From the IMG/VR virus record IMGVR_UViG_3300046507_000356, positions 1-55,212 of that record: DNA of 55,212 nucleotides. One strand, given 5' to 3'. The translations under genes were made by a program, and so were the position numbers. Each line of letters begins with the position of its first letter. Within the stretch, counting starts at the first letter, position 1. The stretch is from a virus. The notes under the pieces are model-generated. The model searched no databases, was not told where the DNA came from, and saw only the letters and a program-made list of their open reading frames with translations. Below are positions 9,633 to 17,694 of the stretch, in pieces.

Positions 9633-9757
9633 ACGATCTCAGGAAAATTACAATAGCTCATTGTCATTGAGCACGCAGGCTGGCATGTGCGCGCAATTTC
9701 GCTCAGGAATGATACGCTGTCAGTCTGGCAAAATACTCACCAATTATCACGCTGACG

Positions 9758-10108
9758 TTATCCGTTCGGCGCAGGTTCGAAGTCGGCGCAGTAGTCGGCC
9801 CATCGGGAGTCCATCTTCCAAGATTCTCCGCTATCCAGAAGCACGCTCTCCAATGACACAACATATCGCTCGAAACCGCTGTAGCCGCCGTAGCTGTTTT
9901 TCGCGTTCACGAAGCCGCATACAGCCCCGTCCTTCCCGACGAACTCAGTGCGGAATTTTGCAGAGTCCGGGTCTTTGAGAATTTCTTTGACTCGCTCACG
10001 CGCTTGAGCGATCAGATCCGGCTTCACCGCCGGCGGTGACTTTTGCTTTGGCGCGGCAAAGGCGCTTGGAATGACAAGCAGAGCGGCGAAAGCTATAGCG
10101 GTCTTCAT
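9758..10108 (-). CDS. Secreted/periplasmic protein with signal peptide (116 aa)
   Basis: MKTAIAFAALLVIPSAFAAP...; GAGG RBS; start moved to 10108. Confidence 0.65.
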   Translation of the reverse strand: MKTAIAFAALLVIPSAFAAPKQKSPPAVKPDLIAQARERVKEILKDPDSAKFRTEFVGKDGAVCGFVNAKNSYGGYSGFERYVVSLESVLLDSGESWKMDSRWADYCADFEPAPNG

Positions 10109-10185
10109 GTGGGCCTCGGTGATTAGTGGCGCATGTTGCGTTCTAGCATGATACGCCACCGTTTGTCGCGGAGCCTCTCCAATTC

Positions 10186-10941
10186 TCACAGCCGCCCGGT
10201 CACAACTCGGCCCGGCTGATAGACGACGCGTCCGACAATGTCGCACTGCCCGCTACGCATGTTAATGGGTCCGAAATCCGGATTGAGCGAGTGGAGATAC
10301 CATTGGCCGCCCTGGTGAAGCAGTTGCTTCACGCACGCCTCGCCATCAAAGTTGACCGCATAGACCTCTCTACTGATTGGCCGCTTGTCTGCAGTGTTGA
10401 TGACTACGACGTCATCCTCGAAGAGCATAGGCTCCATGCTGCAGCCTGCAACTCGCATCGCGAGCAGCTGGGCCGGCGACAGGTTGTGCTTCTCGATCAC
10501 GGCGCGTGGCATCGGAAGAACCCCGCCATCTTCACGTTCCGGCTCCGTCTCGAAGCCGGCCACGCCAGCGTGCAACTTGAGTTTTACGAACCGGATCGGG
10601 ACTGTATCCGGTTCGTCGCCAACGCGGATCGGCCGAGCATCAGGGAAGAGCGATAGCGCCTTTGCGACGGCAGTGTGGTCAGTGGTGCCAGGCTGTTGGC
10701 TCTGCATAGCGCCGACCATCGATGCCGGTAACCCGACGCCGGTTACCTTCGCGATGGCCATGAGTTGCTTGAGGTTAGGACTGTGCCGCATCGTCTCCCA
10801 TCCAGAGATGTTCGCCTTCGTATAGCCGCGGTCGTCGCCCAGCTCGCGCGCAAGCTCAGCCCCAAGGCCTTCTTGCGATAGGCCCGCAGTCTTCCGTGCC
10901 TGACGGATCCAGTCCGCTAAAAGTTGTTTAAGATCATCCAT
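10186..10941 (-). CDS. CI/LexA-like repressor: N-terminal HTH plus C-terminal S24 peptidase domain (251 aa)
   Basis: HTH LSQEGLGAELA...; S24 motifs AGCSMEP (Ser) and ACVKQL (Lys). Confidence 0.85.
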   Translation of the reverse strand: MDDLKQLLADWIRQARKTAGLSQEGLGAELARELGDDRGYTKANISGWETMRHSPNLKQLMAIAKVTGVGLPASMVGAMQSQQPGTTDHTAVAKALSLFPDARPIRVGDEPDTVPIRFVKLKLHAGVAGFETEPEREDGGVLPMPRAVIEKHNLSPAQLLAMRVAGCSMEPMLFEDDVVVINTADKRPISREVYAVNFDGEACVKQLLHQGGQWYLHSLNPDFGPINMRSGQCDIVGRVVYQPGRVVTGRL

Positions 10942-10983
10942 ACGAGCAGTATAGAAAGGTTGAGTGCAAAGGTACAGAATTAC

Positions 10984-11013
10984 TTGACCTTGCTCAACGA
11001 GCAAATCTATACT
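10984..11013 (+). promoter_or_regulatory. Rightward sigma70-like promoter TTGACC-18-TATACT
   Basis: -35 at 10984-10989, -10 at 11008-11013; the -10 is fused to the LexA box. Confidence 0.5.
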
Positions 11014-11029
11014 GTATGAACATACAGTG
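11010..11029. promoter_or_regulatory. LexA (SOS) box TACTGTATGAACATACAGTG
   Basis: CTGT-N8-ACAG (11012-11027), near-perfect palindrome. Confidence 0.75.
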
Positions 11030-11058
11030 TTTCAGGCGTACAATAGTAGATGAGGGGC

Positions 11059-11343
11059 CTAGCGTTTTCGGGTTGGGCCCAGGGCATCGATGATGGTTTG
11101 GACCATCTGCTGCGTTTTCTTCTGGTCGGCCCTGAGTTGCCGGTGTTCCTCGCGAAGACCTCGAATCTCGGCCAGGAGAGTTGCAAGAGAAGCGCCGCCA
11201 GACATGGCCGTACAGCGAAGGATGATTTCGTCATTCATCGAGTGATCCTCGCGATCGGCGGCTTCTTTGAGGTCGGCGTGCAGTTCGGCGGGGAGACGCA
11301 TCGCGGTCTTGATAGGGGGCTTCTTAGGCGGCTGTTCTTTCAT
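11059..11343 (-). CDS. Arc/MetJ-family ribbon-helix-helix DNA-binding protein with coiled-coil tail (94 aa)
   Basis: MRLPAELHADLKEAADREDHSMNDEIILR matches the Arc-domain pattern. Confidence 0.8.
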   Translation of the reverse strand: MKEQPPKKPPIKTAMRLPAELHADLKEAADREDHSMNDEIILRCTAMSGGASLATLLAEIRGLREEHRQLRADQKKTQQMVQTIIDALGPTRKR

Positions 11344-11530
11344 GCGCGCGATTCTTGCGCGTTTCGGAACAGAAATGTTGTGAGTGCCATACAAACGATG
11401 GCACTATTCTCGCACAAGCTGGACGAGAGACCGATTGTTACATTGATCCGCCCGCTATGTTTGTAGTGCTAGGCTAAGACTTTGTTACAGTATGCAGAAC
11501 AAATAGGCCGTGAAAGTCCCTCTGTTCTGT

Positions 11531-11554
11531 TGATGTAGGATGTATCCTACGTCA
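11531..11554. promoter_or_regulatory. 24-bp palindromic operator TGATGTAGGAT-GT-ATCCTACGTCA within candidate promoter TTGATG-17-CATAAA
   Basis: 11-bp arms with one mismatch; upstream of ORF 11582. Confidence 0.5.
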
Positions 11555-11581
11555 TAAAGTGGCCAGTAGACTTGCAAAGGA

Positions 11582-11785
11582 ATGAAGATGCCAGACGAGA
11601 CGATGCCGACATTGGTCATTGCGACCGAAAATGACAATGATGAGTTTCAGTTAACGAGCCAGGAGCGCCGGCTGTTGTCGAATTTCCGCTCGATGAAGCG
11701 CAGTGCGCAGTCCGTATTCATCGAAATGTCCGAGAACTTCAAGCGTACGATCCCGGCCGAGCCGGTCAAGCTCCGCTTACTCTGA
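11582..11785 (+). CDS. Hypothetical acidic small protein (67 aa); 3' end overlaps the convergent repressor gene by 9 nt
   Basis: ORF track; AAAGGAATGAAGATG context. Confidence 0.55.
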   Translation: MKMPDETMPTLVIATENDNDEFQLTSQERRLLSNFRSMKRSAQSVFIEMSENFKRTIPAEPVKLRLL

Positions 11786-12259
11786 ACGTCCGATAAGTGT
11801 GGCGTCGCTGTATTCCGCCGCAGCTTTGCAGGCGCCGTAGATCATCAACTGGCCCTCGTGGCTCGCTCGACGGTATAGTTCAAGGATTATCTTCTCTCGC
11901 GCATTGAGCCGTTCGAGAGTGGTTTCGGAGGGCAGGGACGCGTCCTCGAGATAGTCGGCATCGCGGCCAACCGCTTTGCTTCTCGGTGCATCAAGCGTTT
12001 TCCCATACGCCGCTATAGGCTCAGCAACTCCAACTGTGGTTGAGTCGACTTCCTTTGCTTCGCCTTGACCATTCGCCAGCCAGGCTGGATTGACATCAAG
12101 GGCCGCAGCAATGTCTACGATCCGGCGCGCGCTCGCCCGGATGCCTGATTCCAAATTCCCGATAGTGCTCTGCGTGACTCCGCTCAGCTTCGCAAGTGAA
12201 GCTTGGGTTAGCCCTTTCTGTTCTCGGGCCCAGATGAGTCGTTTTGCCAATGTATCCAT
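11777..12259 (-). CDS. XRE-family HTH repressor without a peptidase domain (160 aa from ATG 12259; alternative ATG 12277)
   Basis: LTQASLAKLSGVTQSTIGNLESG HTH; divergent from the cro-like gene across the operator pair. Confidence 0.8.
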   Translation of the reverse strand: MDTLAKRLIWAREQKGLTQASLAKLSGVTQSTIGNLESGIRASARRIVDIAAALDVNPAWLANGQGEAKEVDSTTVGVAEPIAAYGKTLDAPRSKAVGRDADYLEDASLPSETTLERLNAREKIILELYRRASHEGQLMIYGACKAAAEYSDATLIGRSE

Positions 12260-12283
12260 ATCACGAATGTAATACATAACACA

Positions 12284-12297
12284 ATCACGTTGGTGTT
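12284..12297. promoter_or_regulatory. Operator OR-a (ATCACGTTGGTGTT)
   Basis: 13/14 match to the shared motif. Confidence 0.6.
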
Positions 12298-12323
12298 GAC
12301 GGTCCAAACACGAACGTGATATT
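12296..12323 (+). promoter_or_regulatory. PR-like promoter TTGACG-16-GATATT
   Basis: Overlapped by both OR sites; the -10 ends 8 nt before the cro-like ATG. Confidence 0.5.
12307..12320. promoter_or_regulatory. Operator OR-b (AACACGAACGTGAT)
   Basis: Identical to 8091-8104. Confidence 0.65.
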
Positions 12324-12331
12324 GTTTGCCC

Positions 12332-12598
12332 ATGGATACGCAAAAAATCACGTCGGACCTGTTGAAGTCCGGACTTACTCAGCAAGAGCTGGCCGATCTG
12401 GTCCCGTGCGGGCAATCGACGATTGCTGCGTATTTGTCGGGAGCCCGCGGATCGAGACCATCCAAATTCATCGGCGACCGACTCGAGGAGTTGCATGCCG
12501 AACGCTGCGCTAACGCTGCTTGCGACTCGCCAAACCGCCGCGCTACAGACCCCAGGCCAGAAGAAGTGGGCTTGGCGCCGGAGTCTCCGAGCAGTTGA
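12332..12598 (+). CDS. Cro-like HTH protein (88 aa)
   Basis: LTQQELADLVPCGQSTIAAYLSG HTH; first gene of the rightward operon. Confidence 0.7.
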   Translation: MDTQKITSDLLKSGLTQQELADLVPCGQSTIAAYLSGARGSRPSKFIGDRLEELHAERCANAACDSPNRRATDPRPEEVGLAPESPSS

Positions 12599-12789
12599 TC
12601 CGCCCGCCGCGCCCCGCAGTAGACCGTAACAACGCCAGCACCGAGTTGCAGAGGCACAGCGACCAGATCGCAGTTCATCAGTACAAAGGCGGCGTTTGGC
12701 ATGTTGGGTTCCCGGGTTAGCGAAGTTTCGATGCAAGCATTTTCTCAATAACAAGTTTCAAAAACATCATTCTTTCTTGAGGTCAGAGC

Positions 12790-13242
12790 ATGAACGCCAA
12801 AGACGCCTTTCACCAATCCGTCCACTCCGCACCTGGCGGATGCGTCGCTCTGGCTGCTCGCTTGGGCATGTCGCCCACGATCCTGCGGAACAAGGCCAAC
12901 CCGAACAACGACGCCAACGTCGTGACGATCGACGACATCGAGCGAGTGATGTCGCTGACTGAAGACTACTCCGTCCTGCACGCCCTGGCGGAGGCACATG
13001 GCTTTGTCTTGACCAAGCTCGAAGACCAGCCGGCATCCGACATGGGTGTGCTGGAAAACGTCACGAGCATCTGGCAGCGCCTGGGCGACGTCGCCAACGA
13101 AGTGCACAAGACGCTCGAGGACGGTCGCGTCGAACTGCACGAAGTCGCGAAGGTGCGCGCAGCGGTCTTCAAGGCCTTCCGCCCAATGATGCAGCTGATC
13201 GAGCGCCTCAATGGCATGTCGGAGAAACGCGCTTCGCTGTAG
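12790..13242 (+). CDS. CII-like regulatory protein (phage 186 CII / CP76 type)
   Basis: LAARLGMSPTILRNKANPNN motif, ~150 aa, positioned after cro. Confidence 0.7.
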   Translation: MNAKDAFHQSVHSAPGGCVALAARLGMSPTILRNKANPNNDANVVTIDDIERVMSLTEDYSVLHALAEAHGFVLTKLEDQPASDMGVLENVTSIWQRLGDVANEVHKTLEDGRVELHEVAKVRAAVFKAFRPMMQLIERLNGMSEKRASL

Positions 13243-13302
13243 GGAAGACCCAGGCGGCGGGGAGCGCCGCCACCAATACGAATAGAACGGGGAGCCTAAG
13301 AG

Positions 13303-13506
13303 ATGACGAACGTAAAGAAGCTGCTGGACACGCTGCGCACGAGGCTTCAGGTCAAGAGCGACTCCGACCTGGCTGATGAGTTGCGCGTCGATGCGAGCGT
13401 GATTTGCAGGGCCCGCGCCGACGGACGCCTGGGCAACACGTTGATCGTTCGTATCAGCGAGCGCCTTGATCTGACGGCGGCGCAGATTCGTCAGCTCGGG
13501 TCGTAA
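13303..13506 (+). CDS. Hypothetical small protein (67 aa)
   Basis: ORF track; operon context. Confidence 0.55.
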   Translation: MTNVKKLLDTLRTRLQVKSDSDLADELRVDASVICRARADGRLGNTLIVRISERLDLTAAQIRQLGS

Positions 13507-13614
13507 TCCGCTCCCCACCGATACCACGATACCGCGGCAGAAATCTCAGGAATTGACCCGCATCACATAAGGAGAACGGATGGATCAAGAAACGAAATCG
13601 ACGAAAGGCGCCTC

Positions 13615-13791
13615 ATGAGCACCCCGGCGCTTATCTACCTAGCCCTGACCTTCCTGGCCCTCGGGGTAGTGGCAGAGAAGAGCGGCAAGCCTCGCACGGG
13701 CAATCACTCATTCATGACAACGCTCGTATCGAGACTGATCTTTTGCGGGTTGTTGTACTGGGGCGGATTTTTCAACCAGGTGAGTCCATGA
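13615..13791 (+). CDS. Small membrane protein (58 aa, two hydrophobic segments)
   Basis: MSTPALIYLALTFLALGVV...LIFCGLLYWGGFF; preceded by a 12-codon uORF (13580-13618) with AGGAGA RBS and ATGA overlap. Confidence 0.45.
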   Translation: MSTPALIYLALTFLALGVVAEKSGKPRTGNHSFMTTLVSRLIFCGLLYWGGFFNQVSP

Positions 13792-13895
13792 GCGAACGAC
13801 AGGAAGAGCAACAAGAGCCGGCGCCGATCGAGCCCGGCCACGTGATGAGCAAGAAGCGGTACGACGAACTGCTGGAGCAGCAGAAGCAGAAATGA
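13788..13895 (+). CDS. Micro-ORF (35 aa, charged)
   Basis: ATGA overlap with the previous ORF; followed by the hairpin at 13900-13917. Confidence 0.3.
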   Translation: MSERQEEQQEPAPIEPGHVMSKKRYDELLEQQKQK

Positions 13896-13948
13896 AAAAG
13901 CCCGGCGGCAACCGGGCTTCGTGAAGCGGTAAATCTCTAGGAGCCAGA

Positions 13949-14455
13949 ATGATAACAGCAAATCCAACGCCGGCGGCGCACGTCGGTGAAGATCAGTCCT
14001 CGCGCCAGATGGAAGCGCGCGCGGCCCACTGGTCGAATCTCGCAGTCCAGTTGCTGCTCGCAGCCAAGACCTACGCCGACGACTACCTGCAGGACGAGAA
14101 CGATGACGCGTCACTCTGCATCGACGCCGAGCATCACGCCCGGGTCTGTGCGCTCGTCAGCGCCGTTAAGGACGTCGACCTCGCCGGCCTGTCCGATGCG
14201 TGCGTCGTGCTCGCAGCAATGGACGTCGGCCGCGGCGTGTTCTGGTCCGTCACGGGGCAGGAGTACTCCGCGACGTCGCTGTCGGACCTGATCCGCGAGA
14301 ACGACTGGCTTCGCCCGGGCGACGTGGTCTATCAGGCCCAGGCTGTCGGCCGTCACGTCCTCACTGAAGCCGACTACGTTGGAGCGGCGGTCGCAAATGC
14401 GCCGCTGCGCGATCCCCGCGTGCCCGACATGTTCGCGAGTGGAGGTGCAGCATGA
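13949..14455 (+). CDS. Hypothetical protein (168 aa)
   Basis: ORF track. Confidence 0.65.
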   Translation: MITANPTPAAHVGEDQSSRQMEARAAHWSNLAVQLLLAAKTYADDYLQDENDDASLCIDAEHHARVCALVSAVKDVDLAGLSDACVVLAAMDVGRGVFWSVTGQEYSATSLSDLIRENDWLRPGDVVYQAQAVGRHVLTEADYVGAAVANAPLRDPRVPDMFASGGAA

Positions 14456-14763
14456 GGATCACGGTTGCAGGGGATATGGGCGATGAGGAAGTCATTGCCG
14501 ATGAGGTCGTCATCTCTAATGGCGGCGAACAGTTTGCGGTGCATCGCTCGATCGGCACGAGCCCGCGTGGAAAGTTTTCGGTCACGCACGTAGATACTGG
14601 ATTCGCGATTGCGCATGCCGACACCATTGATGGCGCTGTAACTGCAGCACGCGAAATCTGGGAATCCAAGACTCCGCAGGAGCGCACGTCGGCGCTCACC
14701 TATGCCGTCGCCGCACGCCAGGCCCGCGACTATGCTCTCGCTCAACAAGGAGCGATCCAATGA
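14452..14763 (+). CDS. Hypothetical protein (103 aa)
   Basis: ORF track; 4-nt overlaps on both sides. Confidence 0.65.
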   Translation: MRITVAGDMGDEEVIADEVVISNGGEQFAVHRSIGTSPRGKFSVTHVDTGFAIAHADTIDGAVTAAREIWESKTPQERTSALTYAVAARQARDYALAQQGAIQ

Positions 14764-15209
14764 GCCGCTCCCGCCACGTCACCCCATCCCGCACTGCGGA
14801 GCGCATCGAGCGCGTGCGCAAGCTGATCGCAGCGCTGCAGGTAAGCGAGCTGTCGCGCGACGAGATCGGCGGCCTGCTCGCGATCGGCCCGTCGGGCGTG
14901 CGCAAGTACATGGTCGACCTGGGCGGCATCATCGAATCGTCGGGTGAGCATGGCCATCTGATTTGCCGGCTCACGAGCGACGCCGCGAAGGTTGCAACCT
15001 ACCTTGCAACCTTGGATAGCCAGATGGAGGCCCGCCCGATCAAGCCGCGCGCCTGCGCATTGACGATTGCCGCCAGGGATCCGGCGCGCCACTTTCACAT
15101 CATGGAGGACGACGTCGAGTTCAAGGTGCGGCCGGTTCGCAAGATCCCCGCGCACGAGCCCCTGATGGCGCACTTCTACAAATTCACGCGCCAGGAGGTC
15201 CGGGCATGA
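14760..15209 (+). CDS. Hypothetical protein, possible wHTH (149 aa), translationally coupled to the methyltransferase
   Basis: ATGA overlap at 15206-15209. Confidence 0.65.
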   Translation: MSRSRHVTPSRTAERIERVRKLIAALQVSELSRDEIGGLLAIGPSGVRKYMVDLGGIIESSGEHGHLICRLTSDAAKVATYLATLDSQMEARPIKPRACALTIAARDPARHFHIMEDDVEFKVRPVRKIPAHEPLMAHFYKFTRQEVRA

Positions 15210-17269
15210 AGCGAGATCTCATGACCATGGGGCTCGACCTCGGCAGCGAACTCATTATCGACAACTTCGCAGGCGGCGGCGGTACCAGTACCGGCCTGGA
15301 GGCGGCATTCGGTCGCCCGGTAGACATCGCAATCAATCACGATCCCGAAGCGCTGGCCATGCACGCTATCAACCACCCGTACACGAAGCACCTGTGCGAG
15401 AGCGTATGGGATATCGATCCGATCGAAGTCACGAACAACCAGCCTGTCGGCTTGGTGTGGCTGTCGCCGGACTGCAAGCACTTCAGTAAGGCGAAGGGCG
15501 GCAAGCCGGTCGAGAAGAAGATTCGCGGCCTGGCCTGGGTGACGCTGCGCTGGGCGGCAAAGTGCAAGCCGCGTGTGATCATGCTCGAAAACGTCGAGGA
15601 GTTCAAGACGTGGGGCCCGCTGATGCAGGACGAGAACGGCGACTGGAAGCCGGATCCTGCCAAGCGCGGGAAGACGTTCGAGAGCTTCGTCCGCCAGCTG
15701 GAGGGCCACGGGTACAAAGTCGACCATCGCGAACTGCGCGCAAGCGACCACGCTACGCCGACGATCCGCAAGCGCTTCTTCCTGGTGGCCCGCCGGGATG
15801 GACTGCCGATCACCTGGCCAGAGGCTACTCACGGCGCGCCGGACTCGCCAGGCGTCCGCGCCGGCAAGCTGCAGCCACACCGTACCGCGGCGGAGTGCAT
15901 CGACTGGTCGCTCCCATGCCCGAGCATTTTCGACCGCAAGCGCCCGCTTGCAGACGCCACGCTCCGACGCATCGCCAAAGGGATCATGCGTTACGTGGTA
16001 GATGCGGAGCAGCCGTTCATCGTCGGCGCCGGCGGTCCGATCTACTCGGGCAAGCCCGTGCCCGCCAACCAGCCTTTCGGAACACTGACGACCGAGAACC
16101 ATCGCGCGGTAGTGGTGCCGAGCATCGTTCCGGTAACCCACCAAGGCGGCGATCGCAGCGAATCGGTTCATCAGCCGTTCCGGACGATCACCGGGGCGCA
16201 GCGCGGTGAGAAGGCGCTGGCCACCGCAACGATGGTCCAAGTCGGTTATGGGGAGCGCGAAGGGCAGGCGCCGCGCGCGCTCGACATCGGGAAGCCACTT
16301 GGCACGGTGGTTGCGGGTTCGGCCAAGGCTGCGCTGGTGACCGCATTCCTGAACGAGCACGCCAACGCCAGCAACCAGCGCGTCATGCCGGCAGATGAGC
16401 CGCTGCGCACGATCTGCGCGCAGGTAAAGGGTGGCCACTTCAGCATGGTCTCGGCCGCCTTGGTTGGTGTCGGCGGACGTGCTGGCGATAGTCGTCCGCG
16501 TGGAATCGACGAGCCGACGGCGACGATCACTGCCAAGGGCGACACCGCCGCGGCCGTTGCGTTCCTGGCGAAGCACTACACTGGCGTCGTGGGTTCGGAC
16601 CTGGACGAGCCGATCGGCACGGTCACCAGCACCGATCACCACAGTCTGGTTACCGCGCACGTGACGAAGTTTCGCACAGGATCGACCGGCAGTGACATGG
16701 CCGAACCGCTGCCGACGATCACTGCAGGGCCCAAGGAAAATCCGGCCGGCGCGCCGCATGCTCTCGGCGTCGTCACCAGCAACCTGATCAAGCTGCGCGG
16801 CACATCGACCGCAGCAGCGACTGATGAGCCGATTGGGACCATTAGCGCCCAAGGCCAGCACCATGCCGAGGTGCGAGCCTTTCTTCTGGCGTATTACGGG
16901 ACGGATCAAGATCAGAGCCCAGACTCGCCGCTGGCGACAGTTACCAGTCGCGACCGCTTCGGCTTGGTGACGATCCAGGGCCAGGACTACGAGATCGTCG
17001 ACATCGGTCTGCGCATGCTGGCGCCACACGAGCTGTATCGCGCCCAAGGCTTTCCGGCCGATTACATCATCGACGAAATTCCGGATCCAGCGAAGCTGTT
17101 CGTGGACGGACAACAGGTCAACGTCGATCCGCTCTCGCTGCCGCGCGTCCCCCTGACCAAGTCGGCCCAGGTCCGCATGTGCGGCAACAGCGTGTGTCCA
17201 CCGCTGTCCGAGGCACTCATCCGCGCGAACTTCGCGCACGAACGTCAAATTGCCGGGAGGGCAGCATGA
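15206..17269 (+). CDS. DNA (cytosine-5)-methyltransferase with expanded repeat region (687 aa)
   Basis: Motif I DNFAGGGG, motif IV SPDCKHFS, motif VI LENV, TIRKRFFLVA, C-terminal GNSVCPP; nine P-x-x-T-[ILV]-[TSVC] modules at residues ~288-592. Confidence 0.9.
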   Translation: MKRDLMTMGLDLGSELIIDNFAGGGGTSTGLEAAFGRPVDIAINHDPEALAMHAINHPYTKHLCESVWDIDPIEVTNNQPVGLVWLSPDCKHFSKAKGGKPVEKKIRGLAWVTLRWAAKCKPRVIMLENVEEFKTWGPLMQDENGDWKPDPAKRGKTFESFVRQLEGHGYKVDHRELRASDHATPTIRKRFFLVARRDGLPITWPEATHGAPDSPGVRAGKLQPHRTAAECIDWSLPCPSIFDRKRPLADATLRRIAKGIMRYVVDAEQPFIVGAGGPIYSGKPVPANQPFGTLTTENHRAVVVPSIVPVTHQGGDRSESVHQPFRTITGAQRGEKALATATMVQVGYGEREGQAPRALDIGKPLGTVVAGSAKAALVTAFLNEHANASNQRVMPADEPLRTICAQVKGGHFSMVSAALVGVGGRAGDSRPRGIDEPTATITAKGDTAAAVAFLAKHYTGVVGSDLDEPIGTVTSTDHHSLVTAHVTKFRTGSTGSDMAEPLPTITAGPKENPAGAPHALGVVTSNLIKLRGTSTAAATDEPIGTISAQGQHHAEVRAFLLAYYGTDQDQSPDSPLATVTSRDRFGLVTIQGQDYEIVDIGLRMLAPHELYRAQGFPADYIIDEIPDPAKLFVDGQQVNVDPLSLPRVPLTKSAQVRMCGNSVCPPLSEALIRANFAHERQIAGRAA

Positions 17270-17694
17270 CCCAACGTCAAAACATCCGCACGCCGAAACC
17301 GGGCGAGATCCCGTACCTCGCCGGCGAGTACCTGTACAAGAACGGTCCTTGCACCGACACCGAACTGTTCCTGGCTGTGAAGTTCGGTAAAAGCCAGAAC
17401 GAGCGCGCTGCAGCCCTGCAATCGGCTATCCGTGGCGGCTGGCTTATCGAAACCGAGCGCGGAAAGGTCGCCTGCAGCTGTGCGGCTACCGACTACTACG
17501 ACGGGTACAGCGAGAAACCGGAAGAGGAGTACGTAGGCCAGATCGCGCCGGCGCCGCAGCGCAACGTATTCGCAAGCTCGGGCCTGAGCAAGAAGTACCG
17601 GATCAACAGCCGCGGCTCGCGCCTGGATATCCCGGACTGGTCGCAGCGCGCGGATGGCTTCAGCGTCAAGAGCGTGGCGGGAGGTGACGCATGA
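17266..17694 (+). CDS. Hypothetical protein (142 aa)
   Basis: ATGA overlap with the methyltransferase stop. Confidence 0.65.
   Translation: MTQRQNIRTPKPGEIPYLAGEYLYKNGPCTDTELFLAVKFGKSQNERAAALQSAIRGGWLIETERGKVACSCAATDYYDGYSEKPEEEYVGQIAPAPQRNVFASSGLSKKYRINSRGSRLDIPDWSQRADGFSVKSVAGGDA

Noticed and set aside
11050-11466. 138-aa plus-strand ORF downstream of the first LexA box
   Set aside because: It is antisense to the Arc-like gene, which has an unambiguous Arc-domain signature, and its own sequence has no recognisable features. The plus-strand transcript is more likely non-coding here.
12379-12702. Minus-strand ORF in the cro-to-cII interval
   Set aside because: It overlaps the Cro-like gene in antisense and has no RBS. 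The 190-bp gap at 12599-12789 was left unannotated.
15176-17248. 690-aa minus-strand ORF
   Set aside because: It mirrors the C5-methyltransferase gene almost exactly. It has no motifs and an Arg/Ala/Gly-rich composition typical of antisense shadow ORFs in high-GC DNA.
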